From Candidatus Poribacteria bacterium (GTDB lineage Bacteria; Poribacteria; WGA-4E; PCPOR2b): 64,000 bases of DNA. The stretch is from the NCBI GenBank assembly GCA_965208325.1, contig OZ242326.1:1952001-2016000 (forward strand), given 5' to 3'. The position numbers and the translations under genes are program-made. Each line of letters starts with the position of its first letter. Within the stretch, counting starts at the first letter, position 1. This document shows, piece after piece, positions 19,640 through 28,758 of this stretch. A model generated the notes under the pieces. The model ran no database searches. It was not told the DNA's origin and saw nothing but the letters and a program-made list of their open reading frames with translations.

Positions 19640-20398
19640 TTAAAACTGTTCATAGACATCTTCGCGGTTATGGCCCCTACGACCGGGACACAATCGCTGC
19701 ATCTCCGGAGGCATACGTTCATACGTCTCGGGCCAGAGCGGTTGGTGGCCGCCTTCGTTCCAGTTGTTGAACCAGCGCGGGTAGTAAGCGATGTTAAGCC
19801 CGACGCGAATTTCGTCGGTAGTTGAATTGGGGCGAGCCATGTGATATAGACCGCTGTGCCACATCATAACGGAACCCGGCCTGCCCGTGACCGCCTTGAT
19901 TAACGGGCTATCGTGAGTTATGCTCGGCGGCGGCCCCTTGAGCCGGGAGCGATGGCTCATCGGTACAATTCCCGTTGCGCCATTTTCAACGGTGAAGTCA
20001 GTGAGCATCCAGATAGAATTTACCATCCACGCCACGTCCGGCACTTCAGCGAAATGTGCAGCGGAATCGACGTGCAGTCCTTGAGGGCCTGCTCCCGGCC
20101 ACGTTGGCTTGGAACAAGCCTCGGCAACACGACAGGTTTCTCCAAGAAAATGTCTGACTACGGCTACAATGTCTGGATGGCTGGCGCAGGTCCAGACCCT
20201 ATCGTCCAAGTTTAACATGCCAAACAGTGTTTGGTAGTATTTGTCGCCGGTGTTATAGCGCTGGTATTGGGGATCTGCGTGAATTTCCAAGAATCGCTCC
20301 GCCATGCTGCGAGCCATGTCTTCTGGAATGCGATCTTCTAGGACGCAGTAACCGCAATCATTCATTGAGTCAATTGCAGCTTTGATATCATCGTTCAT
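19640..20398 (-). CDS. Phytanoyl-CoA dioxygenase (PhyH) family Fe(II)/2OG enzyme
   Basis: GYCVLE, LHVD (HxD), WMLTDFTVENGATGIVPMSH, distal YH and Arg. Confidence 0.88.
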   Translation of the reverse strand: MNDDIKAAIDSMNDCGYCVLEDRIPEDMARSMAERFLEIHADPQYQRYNTGDKYYQTLFGMLNLDDRVWTCASHPDIVAVVRHFLGETCRVAEACSKPTWPGAGPQGLHVDSAAHFAEVPDVAWMVNSIWMLTDFTVENGATGIVPMSHRSRLKGPPPSITHDSPLIKAVTGRPGSVMMWHSGLYHMARPNSTTDEIRVGLNIAYYPRWFNNWNEGGHQPLWPETYERMPPEMQRLCPGRRGHNREDVYEQF

Positions 20399-20622
20399 GG
20401 AATTTGCGTTGCGCCTCCTAATGTTGTTGAAGATGTGACGTTTTTGCTAAGGTTTTGCGGAAGAAAATACTTCAAGTGGTATCATGACTTCGAGGAAATT
20501 ATAAACAATACGACAACTTCAGCAAAAACTCTTCCGTGAAATATGTTGCAATTATAGCAATTGGGTGACAATTTTGCAACAAAAAAGGATGGACGCGCGC
20601 AGAAGCTAATCGGACGGATATT

Positions 20623-21802
20623 TCTATTTACCTGCCGCCGCGTTGGGGCAATAGGGCAGGTTTTTGCCGTGTGAGGGCGGCTGGTTACCGGGCGCAATTT
20701 ATTGTGCGATTGGAATGGAAAACACAAGAGTGTTTCTGGGGATGAGCTGCGGCGTTGGTGATTGGTAATTCATTTGGGATGGGTGAGGTTTTTAAGGCAG
20801 AAGACTATCGCCCTCCCTATTCGGTCGGTTGATCGTTGGGTTTCGCTTCATTCATCGGATTTTGCACGCAGTTGGGATGGTGGTGCGGTTCGTTAAAATG
20901 GGCGTTTTTTGAATGAATCCGCTCTACCCAACCTACAAGCTGGGCTATGATTAAGCTCATGTAGGTTGGGTTAAGCGGTTTAAACGATAGTCGCGTAAAA
21001 TTTCGAATGGATAGTGTTATTTGAATATTTGCGGAAGTTGTTAAGGTGTAGCGAACCCAACGCTTTTGCGTTTAAGAAACCGAGTTTTGAAGAAAAAAAC
21101 CATAAAAAACTCGGTTTCAAAAAAAGTCGCGATTCGCAGATTGGTCCTACAGGATACAGGAGCTGTCTGAACTGTGATTTATATGATTAAATGATGGGCT
21201 ATGATTAAGGGAGGACATTATCATTCGGGATGGGTAAGGTTTTTAAGGCAGAAGACTATCGCCCTCCCTATTCGGTCGGTTGATCGTTGGGTTTCGCTTC
21301 ATTCATCGGATTTTGCACGCAGATAGGATGGTAGTGCCGTTCGTTTTGATGGGCGGTTTTTGAATGAATCCGCTCTACCCAACCTACAAGCTGGGCTATG
21401 ATTAAGCTCATGTAGGTTGGGTTAAGCGGTTTAAACGATAGTCGCGTAAAATTTCGAATGGATAGTGTTATTTGAAAATTTGCGGAAGTTGTTAAGGTGT
21501 AGCGAACCCAACGCTTTTGCGTTTAAGAAACCGAGTTTTGAAGAAAAAAACCATAAAAAACTCGGTTTCAAAAAAAGTCGCGATTCGGAGATTGGTCCTA
21601 CAGGATACAGGAGCTGTCTGAACTGTGATTTATATGATTAAATGATGGGCTATGATTAAGGGAGGACATTATCATTCGGGATGGGTAAGGTTTTAAAAGC
21701 GTTGGGTTTCGCTTCATTCATCGGATTTTGCACGCAGTTGGAATGGTGGTGCGGTTCGTTAAAATGGGCGTTTTTTGAATGAATCCGCTCTACCCAACCT
21801 AC
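20623..21802. repeat. Composite REP mosaic, 451-bp tandem unit containing inverted pairs of split-REP D
   Basis: D at 20835, 21286 and 21701, inverted D at 20961 and 21412, plus E and B modules. The first about 170 bp are homologous to 15386-15555. Confidence 0.88.
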
Positions 21803-21850
21803 AAGAGCTATCGCCCGTTCTGGGTTTTGGCTGTATGAGGGATTTGAATT

Positions 21851-22690
21851 ATGACTTATTCTATGACTGACGAGCAGCGATTTACCTTCGATTTGAAGGG
21901 TTGGCTGATGATTCCGTCCGTGTTGCAACCGGACGAAATTAGAGAGATTAAGGAATTTCTGGATGCCTTAGAGTTCAACCCGGAAACGCTTCCTGAGCGG
22001 GATAGGCATGTTTGCGGGGGCGCATGTTCCCAACTGCTAGATCACCCCGTGGTAGTGGGTGTGTTAAACGAGATTATCCTTTCACCGGGTTCGCTGCGGG
22101 ACGGAGACGTACCCGCAGACACGGGTGACGAGGCAAAACCTTACGGTTTCCGCTGCGACGGTTGGCATCTTGCCCGCCGAACCTACGATCCGAACCGCAG
22201 CGCTTCGGATGCGCCGCCATCACCGCCGCATAACGGCGGTGTGGAGATGTATCCAACGCACAGTTTCAATGTCTTTAACGGGCGCATCTCTTCGCCGGTG
22301 ACCCGGGTGGTGTGGGAGGTGAACCCTGTGAAGAAATGGATGGGGGGCACGCTGTTTATGTCGGGGAGCCACAAGAGCAACTTCACCATCCCACCGGAAC
22401 ACCGCCAGACTGACAGCCCATTGTATGAAACCTATGGGTGCCCGGCGGGTACGGTGCTGTTCTTTTCGGAATCGGTTTGCCATGGCGGTCCACATTGGCT
22501 GGATCCGGAACATGACCGTATGGCGTTGTTTTTCCACTATATGCACGCCTCGTCAAAGTGGCATTACGGGGCGCCGCCACACGAAACCGTGATGGCGATG
22601 CCGCCGAAGCGGCGGAGCCTATTTCGCGGGGTATGGATGGGCGTCGGCCAGACGAATGACGAGTATTCGAAGGAGAACCGCGCAATTTGA
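21851..22690 (+). CDS. PhyH-family Fe(II)/2OG enzyme with HxG metal motif
   Basis: EQRFTFDLKGWL, LLDHP, PHNGG, GGTLFMSGSHKSNF, PAGTVLFFSESVCHG and DR. Confidence 0.82.
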   Translation: MTYSMTDEQRFTFDLKGWLMIPSVLQPDEIREIKEFLDALEFNPETLPERDRHVCGGACSQLLDHPVVVGVLNEIILSPGSLRDGDVPADTGDEAKPYGFRCDGWHLARRTYDPNRSASDAPPSPPHNGGVEMYPTHSFNVFNGRISSPVTRVVWEVNPVKKWMGGTLFMSGSHKSNFTIPPEHRQTDSPLYETYGCPAGTVLFFSESVCHGGPHWLDPEHDRMALFFHYMHASSKWHYGAPPHETVMAMPPKRRSLFRGVWMGVGQTNDEYSKENRAI

Positions 22691-22814
22691 CAACGCATGA
22701 ACGATTCAGCCGCGAGCACATCCAGCGTGCAGGTAGGTTGCTCGTACGTTCATTAGCACATTTTGGCCGGGATATTAATGTTTAGCATAATGCGCAGCAT
22801 TCCTTGAGGACGCG

Positions 22815-24158
22815 ATGAAAAAAGTTCGTATCGGCGGCGGTGCAGGTTTTTCAGGAGACAGAATTTCGCCCGCTGTTGAGTTGGTGGAATCCGGTGATAT
22901 TGATTACATTGTATTCGAGTGCCTCGCTGAACGAACCATAATGCTTGCCCAGCAACGTAAACGCCTTGACCCGTCGAAGGGATACGACCCTTTATTTGAA
23001 AGGCGTATGCGCGCCATACTCGAATCGTGCGCGAAGAAGAACATAAAGATTATTACGAATATGGGAGCGGCAAACCCAAGAGCAGCGGGCAATTTAGTGG
23101 TGCGTTTGATGCAAGAAATGGGGATTGGGGACCTCACGACAGCGGTTGTCAGCGGCGACGATATACTCGACGAGGTGAAACGCGGGCAGCTCCAACTTCA
23201 TGATTTGGACCTCAACCCACAGGAAATTGAAGAACATGTAGTGTCGGCAAATATCTATCTCGGATCAGCCCCCATTTTGGAGGCGTTGCGACAGGGGGCA
23301 GATGTAGTGATTACCGGACGTGTCGCGGATCCCTCGCTTTTTGTAGCCCCCCTACTGTATGAATTTGGCTGGGCGAATGATGATTGGAACCGGGTGGGGC
23401 GCGCGGTCATGTTAGGGCATCTGATGGAGTGCGGCTGCCAAATCAGCGGCGGCTACTATGCCGATCCGGGTTACAAGGATGTTGAAGATCTCGTACGCTT
23501 GGGCTATCCTATCCTTGAGGTTCATGAGGACGAACGCGCCTACATCACAAAGGTGCCCGGCAGCGGAGGAGAGGTCAGCGTAGGCACATGCAAAGAACAA
23601 CTGCTATATGAAGTCCGCGACCCTTCACGCCTAATCACACCGGACGCAGTTTCAGATCTGACCGATGTCCGGTTTGAACAGTCGGCGCCCAACCGCGTGC
23701 AGGTCTTCGGCGGAAGCGGGCGACTGCAACCGAACAAACTTCGGGTTCTGCTGTGTGTTCAAGAGGGCTACATCGGCGAAGGTGAAATCTCCTATGGAGG
23801 CCCCGGCGCTTACGAACGCGCCCAGCTCGCTGCGTCATGTGTGCGCGAATGGCTAGAATCTGAATGCGTAGAACTCAGTGAACTGCGGGTGGATTTAATT
23901 GGCGTTAATCATCTTTATCAGAGTGCTTCCCTACAGTTACAAAGTCCGCCGCCGGAAGTTCGATTACGCGTCAGCGGGCGCGCAGGCACACGGCGTCATG
24001 CGGAAAGCGTGGGGGAAGAGGTGGAAAGCTTATTTCTCAACGGACCCGCCGGCGGCGGCGGGGCGCGCAAATCTGTTCGGGAAGTTACTCCAATGTATAC
24101 GGCCTTTATCGATCGGGGCGCAGTTCAAACAAAGATTGAATTACTCACGCCGAATTAA
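22815..24158 (+). CDS. Acyclic terpene utilization AtuA family protein (DUF1446)
   Basis: RIGGGAGFSGDR, FECLAERT, TNMGAANP, ITGRVADPS, GHLMECG, EQLLYEV and NGPAGGGG. Confidence 0.88.
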   Translation: MKKVRIGGGAGFSGDRISPAVELVESGDIDYIVFECLAERTIMLAQQRKRLDPSKGYDPLFERRMRAILESCAKKNIKIITNMGAANPRAAGNLVVRLMQEMGIGDLTTAVVSGDDILDEVKRGQLQLHDLDLNPQEIEEHVVSANIYLGSAPILEALRQGADVVITGRVADPSLFVAPLLYEFGWANDDWNRVGRAVMLGHLMECGCQISGGYYADPGYKDVEDLVRLGYPILEVHEDERAYITKVPGSGGEVSVGTCKEQLLYEVRDPSRLITPDAVSDLTDVRFEQSAPNRVQVFGGSGRLQPNKLRVLLCVQEGYIGEGEISYGGPGAYERAQLAASCVREWLESECVELSELRVDLIGVNHLYQSASLQLQSPPPEVRLRVSGRAGTRRHAESVGEEVESLFLNGPAGGGGARKSVREVTPMYTAFIDRGAVQTKIELLTPN

Positions 24159-24323
24159 CTTCGCGCCGACAGACGCGGACATAGGGTAAGTTGCAATCCG
24201 CCAGAATAGGACTTTCCGGTTGCATGCGTGAAATAGGCGCGAGGCTAGCGTGGGTTGATTTCAACGACCGGGTGCGGCACATGGGCCGATGCATCGCGCG
24301 ATTAAAAGGAGGAACAAAAATAG

Positions 24324-25481
24324 ATGGAGACTCTAGGCGTAGCAATGATTGGCTATAAGTTTATGGGAAAGGTGCACTCGAGGGCGTACCGTGATGCTAT
24401 CGTGCTCTTTGAACCGAAAACCAGTCCTGAACTTCGGGTAATTTGCGGGCGCGACGAATCGGGAGTCCGGGACGCCGCCGACCGCTACGGGTGGCCGGAA
24501 TACAGCACCAACTGGGAGGAGGTTGTGGGGCGGGATGACATTCAAATCGTCGACATTTCGGTGCCGGGAGACATACACCGCCCGATCGCGCTTGCGGCGG
24601 CGCAGCAGGGAAAACATATCTTGTGCGAAAAGCCGTTGGCGAATTCACTGTCAGACGCGCGAGAAATGGCTCAAGCGGTTGAAGCGGCGGGCATAGTCAA
24701 TATGGTCAGTTTTAACTACCGCCGAGTGCCCGCGGTTGTATTGGCGCGCGAGCTGATTGAAGCGGGCGAAATTGGCGAAATCTACCACTGGCGAGCGTGC
24801 TGGTTGTCAGACTGGGCGACAAGCCCTTACATTCCCATTACTTGGCGATTCCAACGCGAACGGGCAGGCAGCGGTTCGCTCGGCGATCTCGGATCTCACC
24901 TGATAGATTTGGCGCATTACCTAATTGGGCCGATCGAAAAAGCAATTGGATTAACCGAAACTTTCATTAAGGAACGGCCCCTGCTTCCTACTGAGTGTAA
25001 ACCGGGAGTCACTACAGGTTCGGTAAACGTGGATGACGGCGCGCTATTTCTTGCGCGATTTGAGAACGGTGCAATCGGCAGCTTCGAGGCGACCCGAGTG
25101 GCGGGCGGCAGCCGCGAACGGTTCATATTCGAGATTAACGGCAGCCGCGGCAGCGTGTATTTTGACTTTGAACGGCTGAATGAGCTGCGATATTTTTCCT
25201 GGCGTGAACATGCGCGCACACAAGGCTATCGAACCATCTTCGTCGGCCAGAGCGAACACCCTTACGGGAGGCGCTGGTGGCCGCCCGGACTGGGGATAGG
25301 CTACGATGCTTCATTTGTGCACACGGTTTACGACTTCCTCAACGGCGTCGCCGAGAACAAATCTCCGTCACCCGATTTCCGCGAAGCGGTTGGGGTTCAG
25401 GCTGTGCTTGAGGCGGTCGGACACTCGATTGAAGAAGAGCGTTGGGTGAGGGTCTCAGATGTTCTCAACGGGACGCAGTAA
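24324..25481 (+). CDS. Gfo/Idh/MocA family oxidoreductase
   Basis: IGYKFMGKVH, KHILCEKPLA, FNYRRVPA and GSLGDLGSHLID. AGGAGG RBS. Confidence 0.92.
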   Translation: METLGVAMIGYKFMGKVHSRAYRDAIVLFEPKTSPELRVICGRDESGVRDAADRYGWPEYSTNWEEVVGRDDIQIVDISVPGDIHRPIALAAAQQGKHILCEKPLANSLSDAREMAQAVEAAGIVNMVSFNYRRVPAVVLARELIEAGEIGEIYHWRACWLSDWATSPYIPITWRFQRERAGSGSLGDLGSHLIDLAHYLIGPIEKAIGLTETFIKERPLLPTECKPGVTTGSVNVDDGALFLARFENGAIGSFEATRVAGGSRERFIFEINGSRGSVYFDFERLNELRYFSWREHARTQGYRTIFVGQSEHPYGRRWWPPGLGIGYDASFVHTVYDFLNGVAENKSPSPDFREAVGVQAVLEAVGHSIEEERWVRVSDVLNGTQ

Positions 25482-25685
25482 ACGACAGAAGAGTATAGAA
25501 ACGGCTGCATTATTCCATTGAACGCCGCGGGTGCGCCTACCGCAATAGACAAAGGGTAAACGGTTTTTGAGTTTTGCCGTCCTAAATAGAGGGCATTCAA
25601 AGGACGATGCCTGCGCAAATGGCGTGTTCTACGCATAGCATATTTTGCAGCGCATAAACTCAAACTCTAAACGAGGTGAAAAGCA

Positions 25686-26141
25686 ATGAAGCGATTTAGT
25701 TTCCAAACATCATGTATTGGATTCGTTCTAGTATGTATGCTGGGAATAGGAATATCCGTAATTGCAATAGGCCAACAAGATGCTTCCCCTAAGTACACTA
25801 TTCTTGTACTCGGCAGATTGCACCTGACCCCGAAAGGAGACGCGGAGATTGCCGAAAAACTCATGGTAGAGAAACTGCTGCCTGCTGCCAAAAGGATTGA
25901 GGGTTTAAAAATTACGGCGCTGAAGCGGGTGCAGATGCCGGGGCCATCAAGTCAAATGCGGACCAAACAGCCCGATTTCATAATGATGGCTGAAGTTTCG
26001 GATTTGACCGTTCTTGCCAAACTGTGGGCGGCACCGACAGATGATTTGGAAGAGTATGGGAAACAGATGAAGATACAAGCTGGCGCACCGAAATTTGAAG
26101 TGTATCAAATCTTGGAAGGGTCAGCAGACGGAGTAGAGTAA
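25686..26141 (+). CDS. Hypothetical exported protein
   Basis: GAGG RBS and N-terminal hydrophobic signal. No family recognised. Confidence 0.65.
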   Translation: MKRFSFQTSCIGFVLVCMLGIGISVIAIGQQDASPKYTILVLGRLHLTPKGDAEIAEKLMVEKLLPAAKRIEGLKITALKRVQMPGPSSQMRTKQPDFIMMAEVSDLTVLAKLWAAPTDDLEEYGKQMKIQAGAPKFEVYQILEGSADGVE

Positions 26142-26147
26142 AAGATT

Positions 26148-26762
26148 GTGACATCGAATGAGAATAAAATTGCCGCAGCGGCGCTTGATACGGAAAAGCA
26201 GATAACAGATCTTTTTATCGCTCAATGTGAGACACCTGTGGATTTAGAGGAGATAAATCTAAGTCGATTAACACCGTTTCAACGTGCGCTATTGGTCACG
26301 GACGGGACAGTTACGCGGTTTCTCGAAGCTTACACCCTTTCGCCGGTCAAGATTGTGCTGCTCAAGCAGGAGATGGAAACCCTACCTGCCAATCACGTGT
26401 GGCTCAAAGCAAAAAAAGGCACAGAGGTAATTCGACGTCAGGTTTCGCTGCAAACGCTGAATTGCACAGCCCAACCGCCGACTATCCATACCTATGCGAC
26501 GTCCCTCATTGTGCTGAGCCGTACTCCGACGATTATCAGAGAAGGTTTAGCACTTCAGAGCGATGGGTTAGGGACGCTGCTGCAGCGAAGCGGCCTGGAA
26601 ACGCGCAGAGATTTACTATGGTGCGGGGTGGAACGCCCGGAAGATCTACCGGCAGGTCTCGCTAATTTGGAGGAAACAGCGTTTCTTACCCGCACGTATC
26701 GCATTGTAGCTGATGGAAAACCGATAATATTGATAAACGAGCGGTTTCCGATGTGTTCCTAA
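26148..26762 (+). CDS. Chorismate pyruvate-lyase/UTRA-fold protein (DUF98-like)
   Basis: FQRALLVTDGTVTRFLEAY, R.V.L, LG.LL....LETRR and RTYRI....P.ILINERFP. Confidence 0.78.
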   Translation: MTSNENKIAAAALDTEKQITDLFIAQCETPVDLEEINLSRLTPFQRALLVTDGTVTRFLEAYTLSPVKIVLLKQEMETLPANHVWLKAKKGTEVIRRQVSLQTLNCTAQPPTIHTYATSLIVLSRTPTIIREGLALQSDGLGTLLQRSGLETRRDLLWCGVERPEDLPAGLANLEETAFLTRTYRIVADGKPIILINERFPMCS

Positions 26763-28573
26763 GGGTGGAAGGGTGGCGATGATGGGTTTGTGTGGTCGAG
26801 GCAATGTACAAAATTAGTCTGAAATGTGATTTGTGTGATTGAAAATCGAGGCTGGGAAGCCTCTCCCACACACCGGTGAGTCGATGCATAATTTTTTATA
26901 ATCGAGGTTGATTGGGGCGCAGGAGGTTTTTAAGGCAGAAGACTGTAGGAAAACTATCGCCCTCCCTATTCGGTCGGTTGAACGTTGGGTTTCGCTCAGT
27001 TGATCCTATTTCGCCGCGTGATTCCACCAATTACGTTACTTCAGCATTGGCGGGGCAAGATGCCCCGCCTACATGGGGTGGGGGCACACGTAGGGCAAGA
27101 TGCCCGCCTTCGGCGTGTGGTGGCGCACACGGGGCAAGGAAAATCTGTGAGTTTAAGAAACCGAGTTTTGAAGAAAAAACTCGGTTTTAAATACGGGTCG
27201 CGATTCGGAGATCGCTCCTACGGCGGGTGAAGGATTGTTGGAAGAATGGAAGGATGGAAGATTGGCGATGATGGGTTTGTGTGGTCGAGGCAATGTACAA
27301 AATTAGTCTGAAATGTGATTTGTGTGATTGAAAATCGAGGCTGGGAAGCCTCTCCCACACACCGGTGAGTTGATGCATAATTTTTGATAATTGAGCTTGA
27401 TTGGGTTGCGGAAGGTTTTTAAGGCAGAAGACTGTAGGAAAACTATCGCCCTCCCTATTCGGTCGGTTGATCGTTGGGTTTCGCTCAGTTGATCCTATTT
27501 CGCCGCGTGATTCCACCAATTACGTTACTTCAGCATTGGCGGGGCAAGATGCCCCGCCTACATGGGGTGGGGGCACACGTAGGGCAAGATGCCCGCCTTC
27601 GGCGTGTGGTGGCGCACACGGGGCAAGGAAAATCTGTGAGTTTAAGAAACCGAGTTTTGAAGAAAAAACTCGGTTTTAAATACGGGTCGCGATTCGGAGA
27701 TCGCTCCTACGGCGGGTGAAGGATTGTTGGAAGAATGGAAGGATGGAAGATTTGCGATGATGGGTTTGTGTGGTCGAGGCAACTTACAAAAATAGTCTGA
27801 ACCGTGATTTGTGTGATTGAAAATCGAGGCTGGGAAGCCTCTCCCACACACCGGTGAGTCGATGCATAATTTTTTATATTCGAGGTTGATTGGGTTGCGG
27901 GAGGTTTTCAAGGCAGAAGACCTTAGGAAAACTATCGCCCTCCCTATTCGGTCGGTTGAACGTTGGGTTTCGCTCAGTTGATCCTATTTCGCCGCGTGAT
28001 TCCACCAATTACGTTACTTCAGCATTGGCGGGGCAAGATGCCCGCCTACATGGGGTGGTGGCACACGTAGGGCAAGATGCCCGCCTTCGGCGTGTGGTGG
28101 CGCACACGGGGCAAGGAAAATCTGTGAGTTTAAGAAACCGAGTTTTGAAGAAAAAACTCGGTTTTAAATACGGGTCGCGATTCGGAGATCGCTCCTACGG
28201 CGGGTGAAGGATTGTTGGAAGAATGGAAGGATGGAAGATTGGCGATGATGGGTTTGTGTGGTCGAGGCAAGGTACAAAATAGTCTGAAATGTGATTTGTG
28301 TGATTTACAATCGAGGCTGGGAAGCCTCTCCCACACACCGGTGAGTCAATACATAATTTTTGATAATCGAGCTTGATTGGGTTGCGGGAGGTTTTTAAGG
28401 CAGAAGACTGTAGGAAAACTATCGCCCTCCCTATTCGGTCGGTTGATCCTCCGCTATTCGGTCGGTTGATCGTTGGGTTTCGCTCTGTGTATATTGACAG
28501 AAGCATCTTTAGAAATGCTGAACGTCAATCGCTGCCTGAACCGTATTGGGATTATTCGCTCTACCCAACCTAC
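26763..28573. repeat. Composite REP mosaic, 489-bp tandem unit in about 3.5 copies
   Basis: Unit order: F (tcgaggctgggaagcctctcccacac), K (actatcgccctccctattcggtcggttga), D left arm, A, A, E, B. Ends with a complete D at 28472-28573. Confidence 0.92.
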
Positions 28574-28758
28574 AAGAGCTTTCAAACAGATTCTAAATAT
28601 TGAAACTCGTTCGTGGTTCGTTATGCCTGATTATAACACGGAGAAGTTTGTAAAATGAAACAAATCGCGGCACTATAGTGAGCTAAGGTATGAGTTTCCG
28701 CTGTGTATTACGAGAATTTTAGGGTTGACTGTGTTATTTTTGCAGCAGGAGGACATTG

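Noticed and set aside
19402..19643. Extended -10 (TGCTATAAT) with a 69-aa ORF convergent on PhyH
   Set aside because: No RBS or recognisable protein. A gene or sRNA cannot be supported from sequence alone.
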